Source: Flavobacteriales bacterium (GTDB lineage: Bacteria > Bacteroidota > Bacteroidia > Flavobacteriales_F > PHOS-HE28). From it: 64,000 nucleotides of DNA. The notes beneath the pieces were generated by a model that was not told the DNA's origin, ran no database searches, and saw only the letters and a program-made list of their open reading frames with translations. The translations under genes were made by a program, and so were the position numbers. Location: NCBI GenBank assembly GCA_016699575.1, contig CP064979.1, positions 400,824 to 464,823 of the forward strand, given 5' to 3'. Positions 53,468-63,100 of this stretch are shown piece by piece. The first letter of the stretch is position 1, and the number at the start of each line of letters is the position of its first letter.

Positions 53468-55258
53468 ATGAGCACCGATACGAAAAAAGCCCTGCAGGGC
53501 GGCGAGTTCCTGATCCGCGATAGCGAGCCCAAGGACATCTTCATCCCGGAGGAGTTCAACGAAGAACAGGGCATGATCGCCCAGACGGCCACGGATTTCC
53601 TGGCCGCCGAGGTGTGGCCGCACCTGGATCGCATCGACAGCATGGAGGAAGGGCTGATGCCCAAGATCCTGGAGAAGGCCGGCGAGCTGGGCCTGCTGGG
53701 CATCTCGATCCCCGAGGACTACGGCGGCTTCGGCAAGGACTTCGTGACCGGCATGCTGGTGACGGAGAAGACCGGCGCGGGGCACAGCTACAGCGTGGCG
53801 ATGGCGGCGCACACGGGCATCGGCACACTGCCCCTGCTCTACTACGGCAACGCCGAGCAGAAGGCGAAGTACGTGCCCAAGCTGGCCACCGGCGAGTGGA
53901 AAGCGTGCTATTGCCTGACCGAGCCCGGCAGCGGCAGCGACGCGAACAGCGGCAAGACCAAGGCCGTGCTGAGCCCCGACGGCAAGCACTACTTGATCAA
54001 CGGCCAGAAGATGTGGATCACGAACGGCGGCTTCGCCGATGTGTTCACGGTCTTCGCGAAGATCGATGACGATGAGAACCTCAGCGCATTCATCGTGGAG
54101 AAGGACTTCGGCGGCATCACGCTGAACCCCGAGGAGAAGAAGATGGGCATCAAGGGCAGCAGCACGCGCCAGGTGTTCTTCAACGACTGCAAGGTGCCGG
54201 TGGAGAACATGCTGAGCGAGCGGCAGAACGGCTTCAAGATCGCGGTGAACATCCTGAACATCGGCCGCATCAAATTGGCCGGTGCGGCACTGGGCGGTGC
54301 GAAGGCCGTGGTGGACCAGAGCGTGAAGTACGCCAACGAGCGCATCCAGTTCGGCAAACCGATCAGCGCGTTCGGTGCGATCCGCCAAAAGCTCGCCGAT
54401 CAAGCGACCTATTGCTACGTGGTGGAGAGCGCCACCTACCGCTGCAGTCAGGACATGGAGAACGCCATCGAGGCCCTGGAGGCCGGCGGCGCGGACCACG
54501 CCAAGGCGCTGCTGAAGGGCGTGGAGCAATACGCGGCCGAAGCCGCCATTCTGAAGGTGGCCGGCAGCGAATGCCTCGACTATGTGTGCGACGAGGGCGT
54601 GCAGATCTATGGTGGCATGGGCTACAGCGCCGAGAGCCCCGTGGAGCGCGCCTACCGCGACAGCCGCATCAACCGGATCTTCGAGGGCACCAATGAGATC
54701 AACCGCATGCTCACGGTGGACATGCTGCTGAAGCGTGCGATGAAAGGCCAGCTCGACCTGATGGGTCCCGCGCAGAACGTGGCCGCAGAGCTGATGGGCA
54801 TCCCCGACATGCCGGAGCCGGAGGAGTCACTGCTCGCCGATGAGAAACGCATGGTGGCCAACTTCAAGAAGGCCGTGCTATTGGCCGCCGGTGGCGCCGC
54901 GCAGAAGCTGGGCATGGACCTCGCGAAGCACCAGGAGACCTTGATGCACATCGCCGACATGGTGATCGATACCTACCTGGCCGAGAGCGTGCTACTAAGG
55001 ACGATGAAGCTCGCCGACCTGAAGGGTGCGGCGAACGTGCAAGAGCAGATCGCGATGTGCCAGCTCTACATCCATGACGCCGCCGACCGCATCCACAAGT
55101 GGGCCAAAGAGGCGGTATGCAACTTCGCTGAAGGTGATGAGCAACGTGCCATGCTGATGGGAGCGAAGCGCTTCGCGAAGAACACACCGATCAATACGGC
55201 GGAACTACGCAAGGCGATCGCGAAGAAGTTGATCGCCGAGGGGAAGTACTGCTACTGA
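53468..55258 (+). CDS. acyl-CoA dehydrogenase (long form with a C-terminal extension)
   Basis: ACAD N-terminal, middle and C-terminal domains (YCLTEPGSGSDA, KMWITNGG, YGGMGYS). Confidence 0.88.
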   Translation: MSTDTKKALQGGEFLIRDSEPKDIFIPEEFNEEQGMIAQTATDFLAAEVWPHLDRIDSMEEGLMPKILEKAGELGLLGISIPEDYGGFGKDFVTGMLVTEKTGAGHSYSVAMAAHTGIGTLPLLYYGNAEQKAKYVPKLATGEWKACYCLTEPGSGSDANSGKTKAVLSPDGKHYLINGQKMWITNGGFADVFTVFAKIDDDENLSAFIVEKDFGGITLNPEEKKMGIKGSSTRQVFFNDCKVPVENMLSERQNGFKIAVNILNIGRIKLAGAALGGAKAVVDQSVKYANERIQFGKPISAFGAIRQKLADQATYCYVVESATYRCSQDMENAIEALEAGGADHAKALLKGVEQYAAEAAILKVAGSECLDYVCDEGVQIYGGMGYSAESPVERAYRDSRINRIFEGTNEINRMLTVDMLLKRAMKGQLDLMGPAQNVAAELMGIPDMPEPEESLLADEKRMVANFKKAVLLAAGGAAQKLGMDLAKHQETLMHIADMVIDTYLAESVLLRTMKLADLKGAANVQEQIAMCQLYIHDAADRIHKWAKEAVCNFAEGDEQRAMLMGAKRFAKNTPINTAELRKAIAKKLIAEGKYCY

Positions 55259-55343
55259 AAGCCGGCGCACAGGCCCACGTCACTGACCGGTCGAATGACC
55301 AGCGTCAGCTTTTCCGTGCCATCTTCACGGCAGCTTCACGCCC

Positions 55344-55730
55344 ATGGACGCAACGTTGTTCTACAAGGAGCTTGGCCGCTTGCTGTACGCCATCGCCGCC
55401 GCCGACGGGAAGGTGACCCGCAAGGAAGTGGACACCGTGAAGTGGGTGGTGAAGGACATGCTGGTGCCCGTGGAAGCCGGCACTGACCACCACGGCACGG
55501 ACCAGGCTTTCATCACGGAGTTCGAGTTCGATACGCTCCTGGAACGGACGGCCAGTTCCGAAGAGGCGTATGCCTCCTTTACGGCCTACATGGACCTGCA
55601 CCGGCACCACCTGCCGAAGGAGCGCCGCGAGCTGATCTACAACTGTGCGGAGTCAGTGGCCCACGCGATGCATGGCGTCAATTCGAAGGAATTGCCGCTG
55701 CTCATCGACCTGCACCTGCTGCTGGGCTGA
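55344..55730 (+). CDS. TerB-like / DUF-type small cytosolic protein, hypothetical
   Basis: 128 aa helical protein LYAIAAADGKVTRKEVDTVK..., reminiscent of the TerB/DjlA N-terminal domain. Low certainty. Confidence 0.4.
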   Translation: MDATLFYKELGRLLYAIAAADGKVTRKEVDTVKWVVKDMLVPVEAGTDHHGTDQAFITEFEFDTLLERTASSEEAYASFTAYMDLHRHHLPKERRELIYNCAESVAHAMHGVNSKELPLLIDLHLLLG

Positions 55731-57744
55731 GCTGTCCGGTCATCGCGACCAGGTCATCCATGCTGGTGTCCTCGTCAAGGGAAAGGCACGGCACCGCCAC
55801 AACGCCATCGGTCTTGCGCAGGTGCTTGCCTTCCACCATCGCCACGTTGCCGGCATCGTCGGACAGGATCAACCAATCCATGCGGCCCGGCGCTACGCCG
55901 AGGCTCTGTTCCTCGCCACCGTTGCCCCAGATGGTCACCACCGCATTGCGCCCGCTGCTGATGGCATAGGCCGATGTCCATTTGAACGGCTGGCCCTTCT
56001 CGTCCTCGAACCGCGCGATCATCTGTTGCACACGGTCGTAGCTGATGAGCCGGTCGATGTTGCACAAGCCGAAGCCGCTTGCCCAAAGCGATTGCTGTAG
56101 GCCCTGGTTGCCCCGCTTCATCATACCGGCCATCATGCGCGCGTGTTCCCGCACGGCGTGGGCATGGAAGTCCGGGCGTTCGATGTCGGCTTCGGTGGCG
56201 GTCATAATGGGTTTCGCGCTGCTGTACGCGTACTGGCGGTGCTGCTGGTCTTCAGTGCGGATCTGTTTCGCGCGTATGGCCATGCGGTCATCAAACTGCC
56301 GTTCGCGGAGAGCGAGGGCTTTGTCGTATTCCCCCAGACAAGCGCTAAGACCACCGGCATCCTTCAGGCTGGCTTCGGCCAGTTCGGCATCCACGGGCAG
56401 ATCGATCCACTGCCCGCGGTCCTTCAGGCGGATGGTGAGCTGGCCGGTCTTGTCGTCGTGCACCAAACGCACGTCCTGGTAGTAGTGCCTGCGCGAGAAC
56501 TGCTTGCTCAATTCCTTGCGGGTGAGCGGTCCATCGTAGGCCCAGTGCATCTTCTTGGGAAAGGCGCGCCATTCCTTATGCTCGATCGCGGAGCTGTGCC
56601 AGCGCAGGCGGAAGCCTTGCTTCATGTGGTACGTCTGCCGCCCAGGAAGAAGCTCGATGGAGATGGCCACCCGGCTCCAACCCGGAGGAACGATATTGCC
56701 CTTGCGGCGGGCGTACGGCTTGGTGCCCGGCGTGCATGCAGTCGTCCCGCAGTAGTTCTCCTGTTCGGTGCGCTCAGCGAAACGCGACGTGTCCCGATCC
56801 CGATCGCGCCAGCGGTAGTTGTATCGGTCCATGTAGCGCGCCACGGCCGCTGATGTCCCGGCAGTGGTCGTGCTGTCCACGGCGAACGGCCCATTGTCCA
56901 CCCAACCACCGGTGCTTTCATCGATGGTCCAGGTCTTGAAGTCCGGTGCGACTTCCACCGCGGGCGGGAGGTCGTATTCGATGCGCTCGCCCTGTGCCAA
57001 CTGCAAGGTGCGGCCGCCCTGCGTGGCCAGCAGCTCCACCATGTAGGCGCTTTCCATGTGCTCCACCCCGCTCGCGGTGCGCACGTGCATGGGGATACCG
57101 CTGGCCACGGTCTGCCAGGGATCGGTGAAGGCGCGGAACGCAAGGTCCACCTGGCCTTGCACGGGCTTGCCGTCCGCATCGACGATGGCACCCGCATTGA
57201 TGCGCGCGGTCACACCCTCGGCCGTGGTCCAGCAGACCGGCTGCGAGGCATCCACCGCCGTGCGCTGGAACCGCACGGCAGCACCCGGGATCAGTGGTTG
57301 GTACAACGAGGTGCTCTTTTCCAGGGCATCACCACCAAAACCCACCCACTCCACTTCCACGCGGCGGTTCACCAGAACGTCGTCGCTTTCGGATGCCTGC
57401 AGCAGCGGCGCCTGCTCGCCCTGCCAGGCAAGCTCGAAGACAACACCCGGCGCGCATGCCTGCAACGCTGCACGCACGGCCTCGGTGCGTCGCTGGCTCA
57501 AGTCGATGTTGTATTCCTTGCTGCCCCGCGCATCGGTGTGGCCCATCAAGACCACGCGTTCGGGCGCATCGGTGGCAATGCGGGCGCAGAGATCATTGAT
57601 CAGCGCTCCTGCCTCGGCATCGATGTGCCAAGAGGCCGTCGCGAAGTTGATGGTAGCACGGCCGGAGCTGCCGGTAGCTGAGCCTTGCGCGGCGGCGGCA
57701 ACGGCCAGCGCACAGACTGCGGAGAATGTGATGGTGCGGAACAT
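55702..57744 (-). CDS. OmpA-family protein (N-terminal OmpA-like peptidoglycan-binding domain, large C-terminal domain of unknown function)
   Basis: Signal peptide MFRTITFSAVCALAVAAAAQG, then VVLMGHTDARGSKEYNIDLSQRRTEAVRAAL (OmpA_C motif) near the N-terminus. Confidence 0.65.
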   Translation of the reverse strand: MFRTITFSAVCALAVAAAAQGSATGSSGRATINFATASWHIDAEAGALINDLCARIATDAPERVVLMGHTDARGSKEYNIDLSQRRTEAVRAALQACAPGVVFELAWQGEQAPLLQASESDDVLVNRRVEVEWVGFGGDALEKSTSLYQPLIPGAAVRFQRTAVDASQPVCWTTAEGVTARINAGAIVDADGKPVQGQVDLAFRAFTDPWQTVASGIPMHVRTASGVEHMESAYMVELLATQGGRTLQLAQGERIEYDLPPAVEVAPDFKTWTIDESTGGWVDNGPFAVDSTTTAGTSAAVARYMDRYNYRWRDRDRDTSRFAERTEQENYCGTTACTPGTKPYARRKGNIVPPGWSRVAISIELLPGRQTYHMKQGFRLRWHSSAIEHKEWRAFPKKMHWAYDGPLTRKELSKQFSRRHYYQDVRLVHDDKTGQLTIRLKDRGQWIDLPVDAELAEASLKDAGGLSACLGEYDKALALRERQFDDRMAIRAKQIRTEDQQHRQYAYSSAKPIMTATEADIERPDFHAHAVREHARMMAGMMKRGNQGLQQSLWASGFGLCNIDRLISYDRVQQMIARFEDEKGQPFKWTSAYAISSGRNAVVTIWGNGGEEQSLGVAPGRMDWLILSDDAGNVAMVEGKHLRKTDGVVAVPCLSLDEDTSMDDLVAMTGQLSPAAGAGR

Positions 57745-57895
57745 GGCTTGGGGCTGTTGGTGGCGTTGGGGCTATAGAACTCCACGGCCCTAGCGATCCG
57801 TATGCCGGGCATTCAGGTCGGTGGCCGAACAGTTCCATGCCTTGAATGCCGACCCCTGGAAAAGGTGACCCGCACCAACGCGCATCTTCGCGCCG

Positions 57896-59098
57896 ATGCA
57901 CCCGCGCGAGATCCGCATTGCCGAATACACCTACCAGCTACCGGAGGAACGGATCGCACAAGCACCCCTTCCCGACCGCGATGCCAGCAAACTGCTCGTG
58001 CTGCGCGAAGGCCGCATCACTGATCGGCTCTTCCGGGACCTGTCCGACGAACTGCCCCCAGGCGCTCTGTTGGTGCTGAACGAAACCAAGGTGGTGCATG
58101 CGCGACTGGTCTTCCACAGGCCCACCGGTGCGCGCATCGAAGTGCTCTGCTTGTCGCCCCGCGACGGCATTCCTGTGGAAAGCGCGCTCGCCCAGAAAAG
58201 CATCAGCGAATGGCAATGCTTCATCGGCAACGCGAAACGGTGGAAGGAAGGCGAAGTGCTGCGACTCCAAGCGAACGGGATCGAACTCAGTGCGGAACGC
58301 GTGGATCAGGAAGTGGTCCGGTTCCATTGGAGCGGCACCATCACGTTCGCTGAAGTGTTGCTGAAGGTGGGGCACGTACCCCTTCCACCCTACATGAAAC
58401 GCGCCGATGAGCCCGACGATCGCGAGCGGTACAACACCGTTTTCGCCCGGAACGAAGGATCCGTGGCAGCGCCGACCGCAAGCCTGCACTTCACACCGGA
58501 AGTTCTTGGTTCGTTGCAGAGGAAGTACATCGGCTTAGCCCGCTTGACCCTTCACGTAGGCGCCGGGACCTTCCTGCCGGTGAAGAGCGAACGCATGGAC
58601 GGCCATGCTATGCACGCCGAAGAGGTACGGATCCCGCTTGGGGCCTTGGAGCAAGTGCGTGCGCAGATGGGCAAAGCTCCCATCGTGGTGGTGGGCACCA
58701 CAGCGTTGCGCACATTGGAGAGCGTGTACTGGCACGGTGTGGAACTGATGAACGGTAAGCGAACGGATGCGATGGACGTGCCGCAGTGGGCACCCTACAC
58801 AGATGAAGCGTACCTACCAACGGCGTCGGAAGCGCTCGATGCCGTCATAGCGCAGCTGAAGGCGAACGGTGGCTCAACGCTCACCGGCCGTACGCAGATC
58901 CTCATCGCACCGGGTTACCACTTCCGCTTCGCCGATGCGCTCGTCACCAACTTCCACCAACCGCAGAGCACATTGATCCTTTTGGTCGCGGCCTTCGTGG
59001 GAGAGCAGTGGCGCACGGTGTACACGCACGCCATGGCCCATGGCTACAGGTTCCTGAGCTACGGCGATGGATCACTCCTGTGGAGGAACCGCGGTTGA
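57896..59098 (+). CDS. queA: S-adenosylmethionine:tRNA ribosyltransferase-isomerase
   Basis: Y.LPEE.IAQ.P...R..SKLLVL and VGAGTF.P motifs typical of QueA. About 400 aa. Confidence 0.9.
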   Translation: MHPREIRIAEYTYQLPEERIAQAPLPDRDASKLLVLREGRITDRLFRDLSDELPPGALLVLNETKVVHARLVFHRPTGARIEVLCLSPRDGIPVESALAQKSISEWQCFIGNAKRWKEGEVLRLQANGIELSAERVDQEVVRFHWSGTITFAEVLLKVGHVPLPPYMKRADEPDDRERYNTVFARNEGSVAAPTASLHFTPEVLGSLQRKYIGLARLTLHVGAGTFLPVKSERMDGHAMHAEEVRIPLGALEQVRAQMGKAPIVVVGTTALRTLESVYWHGVELMNGKRTDAMDVPQWAPYTDEAYLPTASEALDAVIAQLKANGGSTLTGRTQILIAPGYHFRFADALVTNFHQPQSTLILLVAAFVGEQWRTVYTHAMAHGYRFLSYGDGSLLWRNRG

Positions 59099-59980
59099 TC
59101 ACGACAACGTCTCCTCCGCGTTGCGTGCGATCACCTTGCTGAGCCGGTCCATGGGCAGGTCGTTCGTGTCCTCGCCGAACGGATCCTCGATCTCCTCCGC
59201 GATGAGTTCAAGGCTGCCGAGCACGTAGAAGATGAACATCACCACCGGTACGGCGATCCATCCGAGCGAGAAGACATAGCCCAATGGCAGTGTGAGCACG
59301 TAGAGCACGATGAACTTCTTGATGAAACTGGTGTAGCTCCAAGGGATAGGTGTGTTCTTGATGCGCTCGCAGGCACCGCAGATATCGAGGAACGCGTTCA
59401 TGTCCGTGAGCAAGGCCAATTGCTGCATGTCGCTGATCTTTTTCTCGGCCACCAACCGTTGTACCCGGCGCTGCATAAGGCTCACCACTTGCGTGGGCAC
59501 GTGCTTGCTGCGATCGAAGTCGGGGATCTCGGGATGCGGCGCCGAATCGAGCTCGAGCCTGGTTTTCTCCTGCAACAGGTGCGTGCGCAGTTCACCGGCG
59601 AACATGCCAATGCACTTGGCGAAGAAAGAACGTGTGCCATGGTCCACAGGGTCAACGAGCGCATCGAGCTTCACGGCCAGGTTCCGGCTCACGTTCACCA
59701 AACTGCCCCACAGCTTGCGCCCCTCCCACCAACGATCGTAGGCCGTATTCGTGCGGAACACCAGCAGTAGACCGATGACCACGCCCAACAAGCTGTGCAT
59801 GGTGGGCAGGTTCTTCACCCGGCTGTCGTCGCCGAGCTTCAGCCACACCAGGTCGACATAGGCCACCGCCGCGCTGAACAGGCCGACACCGACCACGAAC
59901 GGCAGCATCTTCCTGAACGTGTCGGCTTTGTGGAACTGGATGACGGGCTTGAGCCAGTTGCGGGTATCGTAAGCGCGCAT
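59099..59980 (-). CDS. bestrophin-family (YneE/UPF0187) putative anion channel
   Basis: About 293 aa from MRAYDTRNWLKP. Hydrophobic segments and bestrophin-like length and pattern. The upstream in-frame extension is Cys/Pro-rich noise. Confidence 0.6.
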   Translation of the reverse strand: MRAYDTRNWLKPVIQFHKADTFRKMLPFVVGVGLFSAAVAYVDLVWLKLGDDSRVKNLPTMHSLLGVVIGLLLVFRTNTAYDRWWEGRKLWGSLVNVSRNLAVKLDALVDPVDHGTRSFFAKCIGMFAGELRTHLLQEKTRLELDSAPHPEIPDFDRSKHVPTQVVSLMQRRVQRLVAEKKISDMQQLALLTDMNAFLDICGACERIKNTPIPWSYTSFIKKFIVLYVLTLPLGYVFSLGWIAVPVVMFIFYVLGSLELIAEEIEDPFGEDTNDLPMDRLSKVIARNAEETLS

Positions 59981-60131
59981 GGTGCACAGGCAGGTTGGGG
60001 CCGCGCAAAGATGCCGCTCCGGAAGTCGCGGAAAACAGCCCCGGCTCTCCACAGGACGACGTTGGCTACACGGGGAACACCGTTGGGCAGGCCGCTCCGG
60101 CCCCGGGTAGTTTAGCGCATTCACTATGCGC

Positions 60132-63100
60132 ATGCAGAAGATGCTACGAGCACTGTTGGGGGGGGCCGCACTATTGGTACTTGGATCGGCACATGGGCAA
60201 TGCACGGCCAATGCCGGTCCGCCCAACGTGAACATCTGCGCCGGGGGGCCGCAGCAACTGAACGGCTCGGCCAACGGTGGCCAGCCGCCGTACACCTACC
60301 AATGGGCTCCTGCGGCCGGACTGAGCAACCCGAACATTGCCAACCCCATCTGCACCGCCACCACCACGACCACCTATACGCTCACCGTAACCGATGACAA
60401 CGGTGTGCAATGCACCGATGACATCACGGTGACCGTACTTCCCACGGCTGACGCGACGCTCACCAGCAGCAATGCGCTCTTCACGGTGTTCAACGGCGTG
60501 CCCACGTTCTACAAGTGCTCCGCGAACCCCAGCTCTTTGTACTTCTTCGACTTCGGTGGATCGGCCACCGCAGGTGCATCGCATACCATCAACTGGGGTG
60601 ACGGCTCGCCCAACTACACGGCGACAGGGAACACTTGGCCCACACAATCGCACACCTACAACCAAGGGATCTACACGATCACGTACACGATCACGCAGGG
60701 CAACGGCTGCAACGACACGCAGACGTACAGCGTGTTCCTGGGAACGAACCCGGCCGGTGCCTTGGTGAACCCCGGCAGTACGAACGGCTGCGGTCCTCTC
60801 ACGCTCACCTTCCCCATCGTTGGATGGACCACCAACACGCCCGGCACCATCTACACGGTGACGTTCAACGACGGCACGCCACCGATCGTGTACAGCCATC
60901 CGCCCCCGGCGTCCATCACACACACCTTCGCCATCGGTAGTTGCGGCACCACCAGCACCGACGGCATCAACACCTACACGAACAGCTTCTCGGCCAACAT
61001 CCTCATCGAGAACCCGTGCGGAACAAGCGGCAGTACCGTGCTGCCCATCACGGTGAGCCTTGCCGGTCAGAGCGGCTTCACCATCAGCCCGAACGACACG
61101 GCCTGCGTGGCGACCACCGTGACGTTCACGAGCACGAGCACGGGCAACGAGATACAAGGGGCCGTGTGCGACCTCACCCCTGCCCTGCTCTGGAGCATCG
61201 CACCCGCCGCAGGCTGGACGATCAGCAGCGGATCGCTCGGCAATAACAATGGCTTCATTGGTCCCACCTACGATCCCAGCAGCTGGCTCACCGGCAGCCA
61301 ATCGCTCGGTATCAACTTCAACACGCCGGGCACGTACGCCGTAACGCTCGTCACGGGCAACTCATGCGGCGGTGACACACTTGTGCAGTCCGTCTGCATC
61401 GAAAGCCCGCCGGTGCCAGCGTTCACGATGAACCCGGTGCTGGGCTGCGCACCCTTGCTGAGCCTTACGGACAACACCAGCACCAGCCCGAACAGTTGCT
61501 TGACCCGCTATCAGTGGAACGCTGTCTTCAATGGTGCACCGTGCGGTGGCGCTGGTACATGGAACTACGCGGGCGGCACCTCGGCCACCAGCTTCGAACC
61601 GCAGTTCAATTTCACCAGTCCGGGAAACTACACGGTGACGCTGCAAGCGATCAACTCGTGCGGCACCTTCCCTGTGAACCAGTCCGTCACCGTTGGTTCG
61701 CCGCCGCAAGTGGTGCTGAACCCGTTGCCGCAGATCTGCGAAGGCCAGAGCGTGACACCGTCCGCGACGTTCACGCCGTGCGGCAACCCCATCACCAGCT
61801 ACAACTGGACGATGACAGGCGGCAATCCGGCCACCGCAAACACGCAGAACCCCGGTAGCATCACCTACAACACGGCTGGCAGCTTCACGGTGACCGCGAG
61901 CGCAACCAACTCGTGCGGCACCGCCAGTGACAGCGAACCGATCACCGTCATCGATACGCCACCCGCGCCCACGGTGCTGCCAGCAGCGATCACCTTGTGC
62001 GCAGGCCAGACCTTGAACCTGAATGCCACCACCGTGCCCGGCGCCACATTGAGTTGGACAGGTCCCGGAGGATGGAGCGCGAGCGGTGGCACGCCGAGCA
62101 TCGCGAACATCACCGTCGGCCAGGGAGGCATTTACACTGTCACCTCAACATTGAACGGGTGCACCGGACCGAGCAGCACGGTATCCGTGACCGTGAACAC
62201 CGCGCCTGCGATCAACATCGCCGTGAGCGACCCCGTGATCTGCGTGGGCGATGCGGTGACGTTGACGGCCAGCGGCAGCAGCAACTACACCTGGACGGCC
62301 AATGGTGCACCCGCCGGGAGCGGCACCACCATCAACGTTTCCCCAACGGTGAACACGACCTATGTGCTCACGGCGACGCCGGGGGGCGGCTGCCCCGGCA
62401 CGGCGAGCACCTTGGTGCAAGTGAACCCCTTGCCCGCAGTGAACGCCGGACCCGACGTAACCCTTTGCGATCAACCCATCGGTGTTCAGCTGGTTGGTTT
62501 CTCGCCTGCCGGTGGTACTTGGAGCGGTAGTCCGAACGTGACTTCCGGCGGCCTCTTCACCCCGAACGGTGCGGGCACGTTCAACCTTACCTACACCTAC
62601 ACCGATGCCAACGGCTGCGTGAACAGCGATCAGATCACCGTGACGGTGAACCCGCTGGGCGCTCCCGCGAACGCGGGTCCGGATGAAACGCTCTGCGTTG
62701 GTGATCCTGCGTTGCAACTGCCGCTCACACCGGGCGGTGGCACTTGGAGCGGCAGTCCGAACGTGACGGCCGGCGGTCTCTTCACGCCGATCACAGCAGG
62801 CAGCTTCGTGCTTACCTACACCGTTGGTGCTGGCACCTGCCAAACGACCGATGCCATGACGGTAACCGTGAACGCGCTGCCCGTGGTGAACGCAGGCCTC
62901 GATCAGACCGCATGCACGAACGGAGCGACGATCACCTTGAACGGAACGCCAGTTGGTGGCACCTGGACCGGACCGGGCCTAACAGGCAGCACATGGGATC
63001 CCGCAACCGCTCCGCTCGGCGCGAACAACCTCACCTACACATACTCCAACGCGAACGGTTGCACGGCGAGCGATGCGATCATGATCACTCTGTTCGCCGC